Assembly: GCA_963782915.1 (NCBI GenBank)
Contig: CAWALK010000018.1
Span: 64,001-128,000, forward strand
Origin: an uncultured archaeon
GTDB lineage: Archaea; Thermoproteota; Bathyarchaeia; Bathyarchaeales; Bathycorpusculaceae
Direction: 5' to 3'
DNA length: 64,000 nt
Shown here piece by piece: positions 33,003 to 42,627 of the stretch (position 1 is its first letter; each line of letters begins with the position of its first letter). The notes below the pieces were generated by a model. It ran no database searches and had not been told where the DNA came from. It saw only the letters and a list, made by a program, of their open reading frames with translations. A program made the position numbers and the translations under genes.

Positions 33003-34179
33003 ATGTCATCTACTGCAAAGGAAGTATATTCTCAACAATTTAATACCGTTTTAGAAAATGACAGTGCTTCCAGATGCTTGGAGGGTTTCAAGAAGGGAAT
33101 GCCGCCGGTTTTAGCTGTCCTAGATGAAAAGGGACTTATATGTGGGGATGGTTAGTCGGCGATCGATCCTGCGAACTCGACTAGATTTAAGTCGAATTAA
33201 AGTTAAGAGCGTGATGACTACTGCTCCAGAAGTCAGTTTGGTAGATTCGCTTACTCGTATTGCCAAGTTGATGATTGGAAGCGGCGTGCGTCAACTGCCA
33301 GTTATTGATAAGGGCAAACTTGTCGGTTTCGTCACTGATGAAGCCGTGATTCATGCGGTTGTTGGTGCGGAATGGGGTAGCAGCCCTGTTGAATCAGTTA
33401 TGACTCGTGCACCCCATACGTTGGAGGCTAATCGCAGTGTCGGCGCAGTTTTGGGTGTTATGCGTGAATTCGGCATTTCACATGTGCCAATTATGGAGAA
33501 GGGTCGTCTTGCGGGTTTAGTTAGTGTGCAGGATATTTTGGAGAACCTGTATTTTCCGCCCAAGCGTATGGGAAACATGGATGTTGCCGGCGACCGCATA
33601 GATACCTTGGGTGTAGCTGCCAAGGGGATCATGAGTGCGCCTGTGATTACGGTTGAGCCTAAAAAGAGTCTTCGTGAATGTGAGCAAATGATGCATGATC
33701 GTGATGTTTCATGCCTTTGTGTTGTTGATGGCGAACGATTGATCGGAGTAGTTACCAAGTTAGACTTTTTGGAACCAATTAGCCAAATGGAAACTGCGGA
33801 ACGTCGTTTAACGATTCAGTTTGGCGTAAAAGACGTGGATATTAGCTCTGAGCAACAGGATTTCATGATGACAGAGTTCGATTCATTCACACATCGCTTC
33901 CAAGAAGCCTTCCAGTTGGGCTCACTATTCGTTTACATGAAGAGCCATCGTGGCACAAACATGCGTGGAACCCCAATGGTACATTGCCGACTGCAATTCC
34001 GAACTACCCGAGGAAACTTCTTTGCCGCCAGTGAAGGCTGGGGAATCGAACCCACATTCAAGGTTGCACTCGACCGATTAGAACGCCGTTTGCTGAGAAG
34101 TAAAGAGTTGCTGGCGTATAATCCGCGGTTTGCTAGGGATTATTTGCGTAAGATGGGTATGCCGCAGGAAGAAGAATAA
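33003..34179 (+). CDS. Tandem-CBS protein with C-terminal HPF/RaiA-like domain (Hib-type ribosome hibernation factor candidate); frameshifted near 33125
   Basis: ATG 33003 (MSSTAKEVYS); repeated CBS motifs (LPVIDKGKLVG, VPIMEKGRLAG, LCVVDGERLIG); C-terminal CRLQFRT..FFAASEGW....ALDRLERRL. Confidence 0.75.
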
Positions 34180-34237
34180 TTTAGCTTCAACTTTTTCTTT
34201 TTTTGTCCTAATTTTTTTTACTTGCGTTTGCTTGTTG

Positions 34238-34454
34238 TTGCGTGCGATTTTTTCTCTATCCCCCTATTATATAGGCTCAACTAATAGCCAAGGCACATTT
34301 GTAAGAGTAAGCGTTCATTGGAGAGCAACTTGTCTTTGGCTGCATCCATTGATTGATCATTGTGTTTGTACGCGTTTGTTTTCAGGCGCTTTCTTGTTTT
34401 TAACGTGTGAGAGAATTGTTGCTCTGCCGACCTACCCCCTCCCCTATATATAGA
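34238..34454 (-). repeat. Dispersed bipartite element, copy 2 (inverted): box A 34454-34416, 135-bp interior, box B 34280-34238
   Basis: Reverse complement: A = TCTATATATAGGGGAGGGGGTAGGTCGGCAGAGCAACAA; B = TTGAGCCTATATAATAGGGGGATAGAGAAAAAATCGCACGCAA (41/43 identical to copy 1). Confidence 0.9.
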
Positions 34455-34596
34455 CTCGACAGGTGTGAAAACCTTCATGCGGTGTCTGTGTGGTTTTGTT
34501 TTAGAAATATTGACCAATCAACGTTTGTTGGGAGAATTAACGGTAATACTAGTCAATTTTGCAGAACAAAATTTTAGGAAAAAACCAAGAAAGGGG

Positions 34597-35415
34597 TTAT
34601 ATGGGAATTCGGGAGCCGTCAAAACCTATCTTTGAAATTCCCAATTCATCCTTCATTTCCCGCAATTTCGCAGCATTGAATACCGGACCATCCCTGCAAA
34701 CTCGATACTTGCCGATCAAACAGCTTCCGCATAAGCCGATTCCGCAGCGCATCAGCCGCTCTAAACTGGCTTCAATGGGCAACTTGCGGGCTTCAGTCAT
34801 TTCAAAGATTTTTTTAACCATGACTTCTGGTCCGCAAACATAGATCATGTCGAAATGTTCCTTATCGAGCAAGGTTGCTAGTGGCTGTGTTACGAGGCAC
34901 TGTAGCCCTGCGGTGCCGTCTTCGGTTGTGGTGATTATGTTTTTTTCTTGGCAGACTCCGCCGATTTCGCGGACAAATAAGAGTTCGTCTTTAGTTTTTG
35001 CGCCTTCAACAAATGAGAGCCGCTCGGTTTTGGCTGCTAACTGTTTTGCTAGGAAGAGCAGTGGTGCGGTTCCTGTTCCGCCGCCTACTAAGAGGACTTT
35101 GCCGCGGCTTTCGGTGAAGCTGTTGCCGAATGGTCCGCGTATGCCGATGGTTGCGCCTGCCTCCATTGTATGCAGGTGGCGGGTTGCGTCGCCGACGGCT
35201 TTTACGGATACTGAGACTAAATCGTTGGACGCATCCATAATGCTTAACGGTATCTCGTCTATGCCTGGAATCCAAAGCATCAAAAACTGCCCCGGCTTAG
35301 CCTTACTGCACAGTTTATCGGTAAACACAAACGTTTTCACTGATGGACTCTCATTGCGGACCTGCACAATCTGAGTCGTTCGCATCGAATTATTTGCGGT
35401 GGGCAAGTCCGACAA
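34597..35415 (-). CDS. pyrK: Dihydroorotate dehydrogenase electron transfer subunit
   Basis: PGQFLMLW, RGPFGN, GGGTGTAP, CGPE, MRCGIGLCGSC, CRDGPVF. Confidence 0.95.
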   Translation of the reverse strand: MSDLPTANNSMRTTQIVQVRNESPSVKTFVFTDKLCSKAKPGQFLMLWIPGIDEIPLSIMDASNDLVSVSVKAVGDATRHLHTMEAGATIGIRGPFGNSFTESRGKVLLVGGGTGTAPLLFLAKQLAAKTERLSFVEGAKTKDELLFVREIGGVCQEKNIITTTEDGTAGLQCLVTQPLATLLDKEHFDMIYVCGPEVMVKKIFEMTEARKLPIEASLERLMRCGIGLCGSCLIGKYRVCRDGPVFNAAKLREMKDELGISKIGFDGSRIPI

Positions 35416-36319
35416 TCTCCTTCACACTCCGAACGTTTTTCTTTCTCAAGTAATTCTCTACTCCTTTAGTTACTGACTGGAAAACTTCCATGTCTTCGGC
35501 GACTGCTGTGCCGATTTGTACCGCGCTGGCTCCGGCTAAGAAGAATTCGACTGCATCTTTCCAGTTTGTGACGCCGCCGCATCCGATGATTGGGATTTCG
35601 AATTGGTCAGCGATGTCATAAACACAGCGCAATGCAACTGGCTTCATGCAAGCACCGGATAAACCGCCTTTTACGTTTGCGAGGATGGGCAGTTGGGTTT
35701 CTGTGTCGATTGCGATGGCTTTGAGGGTGTTTACGGCTGTTAGGGCGTCTGCGCCTGCTTCAACAGCTGCCTGCGCAAGAATCGTTATGTCTGCAACGTT
35801 AGGTGATAACTTGACAATCAAGGGTTTGTTCATTGCTGCTTTGACTTGTTGCACGACTTCTGAGAGAAACTTGGGGCTTTGCCCAATCTCTGCACCCGTC
35901 TGCTTAACGTGCGGACAGGAAACATTGAGTTCGATTGCATCTGCACCAGCTTCAGCCGCTTTTTTGGCAACTGACGCATACTCTTCTGCGGAGTAGCCGA
36001 AGACGCTTACAATCACTGGTACATGCAAGAGGGTTTTTGAGAATTTGATTTCTTCACTAAAAACATCAATGCCTGGGTTTGGAAGCCCCATTGCATTAAT
36101 CAAACCAGCCTCAGCCTGCACAACTGTGGGGTTTGGGTAGCCGCCCCGTGGCTGTAAACCGACGGATTTGGTGACGATTGCGCCTGCGCCGCTTTTGGCG
36201 ATGCGTTCGAAGGACTCTGCTGTGTAACCCATGATGCCTGACGCGAGCATCGTGGGGTTTTGTAATTGTAATCCAGCAAAGCTTATGCTTAATGCGTTGC
36301 TTTCCAAACTAAATTTCAC
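35390..36319 (-). CDS. pyrD: Dihydroorotate dehydrogenase family 1B catalytic subunit
   Basis: NPTMLASG, NAMGLPNPG, ELNVSCPH, KLSPN, GGLSG, AGASAVQIGT. Confidence 0.95.
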   Translation of the reverse strand: MKFSLESNALSISFAGLQLQNPTMLASGIMGYTAESFERIAKSGAGAIVTKSVGLQPRGGYPNPTVVQAEAGLINAMGLPNPGIDVFSEEIKFSKTLLHVPVIVSVFGYSAEEYASVAKKAAEAGADAIELNVSCPHVKQTGAEIGQSPKFLSEVVQQVKAAMNKPLIVKLSPNVADITILAQAAVEAGADALTAVNTLKAIAIDTETQLPILANVKGGLSGACMKPVALRCVYDIADQFEIPIIGCGGVTNWKDAVEFFLAGASAVQIGTAVAEDMEVFQSVTKGVENYLRKKNVRSVKEIVGLAHRK

Positions 36320-36445
36320 CCTTCAATCTAGGTTTATTGAGTTTAGTAAGATAAATGTTCGTTTGGAGTTGTAATGCCTGCTATGGGGGCCAGCGACTAA
36401 GCGATTTTGTGTCAATTTAAAACAAGTTTGGAAAGAGAGCGGCTG

Positions 36446-36491
36446 CTGGGAAAGAAAAAAGAAAAATAGGGACATAGCCGTCGGCTATATC
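36446..36491 (-). terminator. Hairpin plus pyrimidine/U tract after the micro-ORF
   Basis: Minus strand GATATAGCC-GAC-GGCTATGTC then CCTATTTTTCTTTTTTCTTTCCC. Confidence 0.65.
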
Positions 36492-36494
36492 GTC

Positions 36495-36545
36495 TTATTT
36501 CTTCTTTTTAGCTTTTTTATCGTCTTTTTTTGGAGCTTTCGCCAC
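36495..36545 (-). CDS. 16-aa Lys-rich micropeptide MAKAPKKDDKKAKKKK
   Basis: GTG start with GAGGT SD 7 nt upstream, BRE/TATA upstream, terminator downstream. Confidence 0.6.
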   Translation of the reverse strand: MAKAPKKDDKKAKKKK

Positions 36546-36580
36546 GCTACTAACCTCAAAAGTATGTTAGAACCCGATTT

Positions 36581-36596
36581 GTATTTAAAATTTGCC
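36581..36596 (-). promoter_or_regulatory. BRE-TATA promoter of the micro-ORF
   Basis: Minus strand GGCAAA-TTTTAAATA about 25 bp upstream of the SD. Confidence 0.5.
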
Positions 36597-36743
36597 AAAC
36601 GCTAAGTGAACTGCCCCGACCAACGAATAAGCTGAAAAACAGCCGCTAACTCCAAAATAACCCTAAAATCAACCGATAAAAAAAGCAAGTCGCCCATATA
36701 AAATGGGCTATGCAAATTATACATTTACATGTAAAAAATCGAG

Positions 36744-38306
36744 TTACTGATATTTCCCGAACAAAGCCTCATCCTGAACATAGTCCCGCCCAACCCTCAA
36801 CGCCGCCTCAGCCTTCGCCAATTCACCCCCCAAATACCCAGCATGATCCAACCGAGAAACCAAACCTAACCGCAAAACCTCAGCCAAAACCGCTTGGGCA
36901 TCCACGCCGCGAATGGCACAAGAAGGCTCCTTTGCATCTTCAGTGGCATAATGCATAGCTACTATTTCACCAGCCTCGCGGTCAACCATAACACGGAAGA
37001 CACCGCATGGATCCATCATCACAGGCGTGACCTCCTGCTTTTTAGCCTCAACCACTTTGGCGGCGCCAACATTGAAGGGCAATTCACGCTCCACCTTACC
37101 CTTTAAGACCAGCAAATCCAAACCTAAATCCCTTGGAACCGAATCCCGCTTCTTAGCCAAAAACATCATCTTCGCCGCCACAGAAACCTCAGCCACGCTA
37201 CCTCTTGCTTTAGGCGTCTTTTCGGTAGTCAACAAAATATCCACATTAACCTCAGAGGATAATCGGGCAAGCAGTGCATTGAGACCCACTGAATCAGCAT
37301 CAAAGAGTTCCACGACGTTGGCGATGCCAATCAAAAGAGGCACATCTGGGTTTTTGCGGTTGAATTCTCGGAAAGCAACATAAGAATCCATAATATGCGA
37401 GGGCTCGAGGATTAGGTCGCCGATGACTTTTTTGAACCCCAACTGCTTCGCCTGTGCAATTAAACGCTCCAGCATTCGCACGCGGGCTTGGGGTTTTTGT
37501 GGGAAGATGCCTCGGCGCTGATTAGTCGGAATAACTACAACTGCAATGTCTTTTGCGAAGGGTGCGATGGCTTCGAGGTTGCCTGCGTCGGCACTGAGGA
37601 TTAAATCTACTCCGGCAGCAACTGCCGCTCCGATTTCAACTGGGTTAAGCGTGTCTATGCTGACTGGCACATTTACGACGGCTTTTACTGCGGCAACGGC
37701 GCGTTTAACTTCCTCTGGGCTGGTTTGTCCTGCAACCATGCCTATGTCGATGATGTTTGCGCCGGATTTCACGTATTGTTTGGCTAAGCGCTGGATTTCA
37801 GCGGTTTCAAGAAGTGGTGCATCGACTATTTCGGCTAAAACACGCATTGGGAAACTCTTTGCCAACAGCCAAATCGGCAATCACCAAGTTGCCCTGCTTT
37901 TTAAGCAGTATTTCGCGGTTCTGCTCCACCTTTTCCAACTCCGCTAAAGCCTTTTCTTGGAGTTCCTCGCGGAGCAAATCGCATGCAGGCACGGTTGTTG
38001 AAAGCGTCACTTCGCCAAGGCAATCCAAAACAACGGGCAAGTCGGCGGCATAGCGCGGCCCCTTAAAGGCGGGAATCTTGAGGGCGCCGTAATGGTTTTT
38101 GTGTCGCCTAACATTTGACCCGGCGTTAAAATAATATCCACATCTTTCAGCGGCACTTTTTTGAGTGCTTCACTGATAATCTTGGGTGTTAGGAATGCGG
38201 CGACAGGAACGTTTAGAGCAATTACTTCGGTGGGGGTACTGGATTGTTTTGCGTATTGTTTTACGGTGTTTTCTGCGAGGGTTCCGGTGATTAGGAGTGC
38301 TTTCAT
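36744..38306 (-). CDS. Dihydropteroate synthase-related protein (archaeal DHPS-like with DUF4346 C-terminus) in three fragments
   Basis: MKALLITG, VAAFLTP, RVLAEIVDAP, GANIIDIG, SIDT, NVVELFDADS.G.NA, HAGYLG.EL.KAE.AL. Confidence 0.8.
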
Positions 38307-38473
38307 GGTTGTGGCCTTCTGTTTCGAATGGTTTGTTGTGGATGGGTATTTGTTATTGCGTTGTGTTATTTAGCGGTTGCTTGTGTAAAAATTGGTGGGC
38401 GAAATCTTTTATAGGCTGATGGTATGTAAAAAGTTACACAACGATGAAAAATAATACACGGGAGCCTTAAGAA

Positions 38474-39250
38474 ATGATGAAACAAATAACAAGTAGACAA
38501 GTCGCCCTCGCCGCAATATTCGCAGCCCTATACGTCGCCGTAAATGTTGCCATACCAATCGCCATTCCTGTTGGAGTGACAGGATTAACAATCACCATAT
38601 CAGCTCTGATCGCTACATTATTTGGCATAATACTAGGACCCTACTTAGGAACCGCAGCAGCCCTGATAGGAGCAGTAGTTTCATTTGCCCTCCTCGGCAT
38701 GGTACCATACAACCTGCCCTTCCTACTATCACCACCCTTAAACGCGTTAGTTTCAGGTGCGCTATTCTACAAAAAATGGATACTGGCTGTTGTACCGTTC
38801 ATTGTGATAATGATAGCCTTCGTCTTCACCCCCCCAGTAATCGCCTTTGGAAATCCCCAAGTAGCCATATGGGTTCTATGGGACAAAATAATCGCAGTAG
38901 CACTCATTGCACCACTCATGCTGTTTAGAAAACAGTTATCCGCAGGTTACGCAGCAGGCATATTCTTCCTAATAGCATTCATCGGCAACCAAGCAGACAA
39001 TATATGGGGTTCATTCGCCTTCGCACTGCCACAAGTCTATGAAGGAATATATGGCATGCCCATGGAAGCCGTCCAAGTCGCTTTCCTCGCAGCACCATTC
39101 ATCTATCCAGCTATACGACTGCTACAGGCATTCATTATTATGCTGATTGCTGTACCGTTGATTCGAGTGCTATCTCAAACAAACTGGATGTGGAGCAAAG
39201 ATAACATATTATCTCAAACGCCCACCGTCACTCAGCCAGTAAAAGCATAA
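38474..39250 (+). CDS. ECF transporter S component-like membrane protein
   Basis: ALAAIFAALY, GIILGPYLG, multiple TMs. Confidence 0.7.
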   Translation: MMKQITSRQVALAAIFAALYVAVNVAIPIAIPVGVTGLTITISALIATLFGIILGPYLGTAAALIGAVVSFALLGMVPYNLPFLLSPPLNALVSGALFYKKWILAVVPFIVIMIAFVFTPPVIAFGNPQVAIWVLWDKIIAVALIAPLMLFRKQLSAGYAAGIFFLIAFIGNQADNIWGSFAFALPQVYEGIYGMPMEAVQVAFLAAPFIYPAIRLLQAFIIMLIAVPLIRVLSQTNWMWSKDNILSQTPTVTQPVKA

Positions 39251-39358
39251 GCGCCGTAACTTCTTTTCTTCTTTATTTTTCCAGTTGTAATTTTATGCAA
39301 TGTTTTTAAGGAATCAAACGACTAGTTCCTTAGCGAAATTTCTGAGGCTTCCTTTTAA

Positions 39359-40732
39359 ATGGCAGTTAAGGTTGCGTTAGTTTATCCGTTTTTTCATCCA
39401 GCCAACGATAATTCCATCTTCCGTTTTCCACCATTAGGGTTAGGCTACATAGCCGCCGCTTTGGAACGCCAAGGCGCGGAGGTGGAGTTGGTTGACTGCA
39501 CATTTCTCAAACCCCAACAAGCCATAGAACGCGTAGTCAAGGCCAGACCGCAAGTTGTGGGCTTCTACTGCATGTTCTCCATGAAAAAAACCACCCTCGA
39601 ACTCGCCCAAACCATCCGAAACCAAGTCGGCGGTGACTGTACGTTTGTGGTTGGGGGTCCGTTGCCGTCGTGGGCTCCTGAAGCGTTTTTGGGTGTTTTC
39701 GATGCTGTTGCCGTGGGGGAGGGTGAGCAGACCATGGTTGAACTTACCCAATGCATAGCTGAGGGAAAGGGGCTGTCAAGTGTGAAGGGTTTGGTGTACC
39801 GAGAAGGAAACCGCACAGTCACAACTCCTGCGCGCCCATTTATCGAAGACCTAAACAGCTTAGCTTTCCCCACACGCCAACAATTCGACAACGAAGCCTA
39901 CAAGGGCTACTACAAAAAAAGCTTCGGCTACACAATCACATCAATGATTACCAGTCGAGGCTGCCCCTTTAGGTGCGATTTCTGTAGCCGCCCCATCTTT
40001 GGCGCTGACATGCGAACCCGCTCAGTCGGCAACATCGTAGACGAAGTAGAAGCCATCGCCGATTTGGGTTATGACCGGGTATGGTTTGCGGATGACTGCT
40101 TCACGCTTAACAACCGCCATTTAACCGCTGTCTGCGAGGAGTTGACGAGGCGGCGGTTGGATGTGGGTTGGGAGTGCCTCTCACGCGTCGACACTATGGA
40201 TGCCCAAGTGGCTTCGGCGATGAAGCGTTCGGGTTGCATACAAGTCTTCTTCGGCATCGAATCTGGGAACGATTCGGTTTTGGGGTTGATGAATAAACGA
40301 ATCACAACCGAGCAGGCAAAGCGTGCGGTGCATGTGGCTAAGGCTGCGGGATTAAAGGTTGGCGCATTCTTCATCGTCGGGTACCCAGGCGAATCCGATA
40401 AAACGGTTCTTGATACCGTGCGGTTTGCTTCTGGGCTGCCGTTGGATTATGTATCCTTCACATTGCCATACCCCATACCTGGAACGCCACTTTATGAACG
40501 GGTCAAGGGTGATGGTGTGTCGATTGAGGATTGGGAGGAACCCAAAAATTACCGCTTAATCCGCCATAAGTTGCTCTATGCATCGGGTTTTAGTGAGTCA
40601 AAACTAAAGTTTGCTATCATAAAAGCGCAGGGGCAGTTCTATGGCAGAAAAATCCTCAAAAACAGCGCTTACCATGTGCTGGGTGAACCTTTTGAGCGCT
40701 TAACTGATTACGCGTTTAAATGCATGCGGTAA
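39359..40732 (+). CDS. B12-binding domain radical SAM protein
   Basis: PPLGLGYIAA, GEGE, TSRGCPFRCDFC, FADDCF, GIESG, FIVGYPGE, PIPGTPLY. Confidence 0.9.
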   Translation: MAVKVALVYPFFHPANDNSIFRFPPLGLGYIAAALERQGAEVELVDCTFLKPQQAIERVVKARPQVVGFYCMFSMKKTTLELAQTIRNQVGGDCTFVVGGPLPSWAPEAFLGVFDAVAVGEGEQTMVELTQCIAEGKGLSSVKGLVYREGNRTVTTPARPFIEDLNSLAFPTRQQFDNEAYKGYYKKSFGYTITSMITSRGCPFRCDFCSRPIFGADMRTRSVGNIVDEVEAIADLGYDRVWFADDCFTLNNRHLTAVCEELTRRRLDVGWECLSRVDTMDAQVASAMKRSGCIQVFFGIESGNDSVLGLMNKRITTEQAKRAVHVAKAAGLKVGAFFIVGYPGESDKTVLDTVRFASGLPLDYVSFTLPYPIPGTPLYERVKGDGVSIEDWEEPKNYRLIRHKLLYASGFSESKLKFAIIKAQGQFYGRKILKNSAYHVLGEPFERLTDYAFKCMR

Positions 40733-40904
40733 AGTAATCCTGCAGCTTGTAGTTTGCTTCTCAACCAGCCGCCGACCCAAGCAGGCACAGACACCAAAAC
40801 AGGAAAGCTTTACCAAAGGGGCTAGGCCAGCTGCCGACTGTATTGTACTATCTTTAAAATTAACTGAGCTCTGCTAATTGCAGCATTGAATCCCTTATTT
40901 TGCC

Positions 40905-40985
40905 TTTTTATAAGGGGAGGGGGGTCTTGGCAGAGCAACAAAGATACCGTATTTATTCTTTATATAAGGGAGGGGGTAGGTGCTC
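40905..40985 (+). repeat. Dispersed element, copy 3: two tandem box-A units, no recognisable box B
   Basis: TTTTATAAGGGGAGGGGGGTCTTGGCAGAGCAACAA (about 40906-40941) and TATATAAGGGAGGGGGTAGGT (40961-40981). Confidence 0.8.
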
Positions 40986-41238
40986 CGAGGTAGGTAGGTC
41001 TCATAAACTCAAAAGGTGTAGCCGAACCGATCTGCTTGCGGAAACCTCCATAACCAGCCGGCAATCCAACCCAACTTGGACACAAAAAAGTAGCCGCCAA
41101 CAAAGCCCACAGGAAGAAGAGTAAGGGAGCTCTTGCCGTCATCTTCTACTAAAAAACAGATAAACAAACAGGGTACCCTTAACCTTTTAAACGCAAAAGC
41201 GCACATTTGCTTAACCAGCAGGCAAATGGGCAGCAGAC

Positions 41239-41496
41239 ATGGCGGATAAACGCAAAGGTTCAGTACAGATACGATTCGAAATCCTAGAGTACCTCTTCTT
41301 CGCAGGCAAAAACCAGCTTCGTACCCATGTTTGGCGAAAAGCCACCGACGCCTCATACGACGACTTCCTAAAACACCTCACCTACCTAAAAGAGAAAGGC
41401 TTGGTGAACGAAACCACAGAAGGCCACATATTACTGACGATTGAGGGACGGAAAATCTACACCAGCCTCCGAGACAGCTTGCCTTCACTGCTATAA
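41239..41496 (+). CDS. Small winged-helix DNA-binding protein (HTH_45-like)
   Basis: RKGSVQIRFEILEYL, T.V..KA..SY..F.KHL..L..KGLV, LTIEGR. Confidence 0.75.
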   Translation: MADKRKGSVQIRFEILEYLFFAGKNQLRTHVWRKATDASYDDFLKHLTYLKEKGLVNETTEGHILLTIEGRKIYTSLRDSLPSLL

Positions 41497-41553
41497 CTTT
41501 CACCACTGGTGAATTAGCTATATAATAGAACAAAAAAATCAGGTAATAACATA

Positions 41554-41886
41554 ATGACCCAAAAAGACACAGACGAAGTATACCCCGTGCGCACAATGCA
41601 CGAGTTCCTCTACCAAGTGGAACGAGAAACCAACCGATTCAAACGCGGCGCAGTCATAAGTATCCTAATTTCCGCGTTAATGCTAGCTCTATTGGCTTTA
41701 GTTGCAATTGAAACCATCGGGCGGGGGTTCGTCGCCAGCGGTATCATCTTAGAAGTCGTCTTAGCGGGCTTTCTTGTTTACAGCATTTACCTTATGAGCT
41801 TCCAGTACCGCTTCTTCCGAAGGTGGGAAAAACGTCTGGATCGCTTAGATGCATTGGAAGCTAAACTTATGCCAGACGAGCAATAA
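41554..41886 (+). CDS. Two-TM hypothetical membrane protein
   Basis: Two hydrophobic helices; YRFFRRWEKRL. Confidence 0.65.
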   Translation: MTQKDTDEVYPVRTMHEFLYQVERETNRFKRGAVISILISALMLALLALVAIETIGRGFVASGIILEVVLAGFLVYSIYLMSFQYRFFRRWEKRLDRLDALEAKLMPDEQ

Positions 41887-41972
41887 CTCTTTTTGTTATG
41901 CACCTTTGGTGTATAGCTCGAGTGCGTCACCGTTTATACCCAGATTGGGCTCATTTTGAATTGTGAACTAAA

Positions 41973-42617
41973 ATGCACAAAATCACGATTAAACAACCAA
42001 ACACCAAAAAACCAACCCACAAACCTCACCACAGCCAACTGGAGGTTGCTGCCTTGAAGTTTTGGCCCCAGAAAAGGTGGAAAAAAATCGTGCTAACAAC
42101 GCTTCTCATCGCGTTAGCAGTTCTTGGCAGCATCGGAGCATACCTCGAATATAGCGTTTATCGGGAAGTTTCAACAGAAACAGAAGTGTTGAATGCACAG
42201 GGCGCAAAAACAGCGTTGGTAATTTATCACCCTGGATTAAGCGACTACGCCAAAAACACAACCTACACTTACGCCGAGGCATTGGCTTCCGCTGGTTGGC
42301 GCGTTGAAATCGCAACTGCAAACCCACAAGCCCCAACTGAGCTCTCGAAGTATTCGCTGCTGGTATTGGGCTGGGCAATCTATGACTTCAACCCCGCACC
42401 AACAATCACCAACCAAATCCACCGCTTCACAAACCTAAACGGCATCAACACAACAATCATAATAATGGGCGGAGGCATAGACCCCTTCAACGTCAAAGAC
42501 GCAATGACCAAAACAGTTCAAGACGCCAACGGAACAGTCATCCAAACCATCACATCGTTTAGGAGCCAACGCAACTTCGATTTGCTCCAAGAACAAGCAG
42601 CCAAATTAACCCTGTAA
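41973..42617 (+). CDS. Membrane-anchored flavodoxin-like fold protein
   Basis: N-terminal TM; KTALVIYHPG, YSLLVLG.AIY; true start probably TTG near 42054 after GGAGG. Confidence 0.6.
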   Translation: MHKITIKQPNTKKPTHKPHHSQLEVAALKFWPQKRWKKIVLTTLLIALAVLGSIGAYLEYSVYREVSTETEVLNAQGAKTALVIYHPGLSDYAKNTTYTYAEALASAGWRVEIATANPQAPTELSKYSLLVLGWAIYDFNPAPTITNQIHRFTNLNGINTTIIIMGGGIDPFNVKDAMTKTVQDANGTVIQTITSFRSQRNFDLLQEQAAKLTL

Positions 42618-42627
42618 GGTTTAAGCA

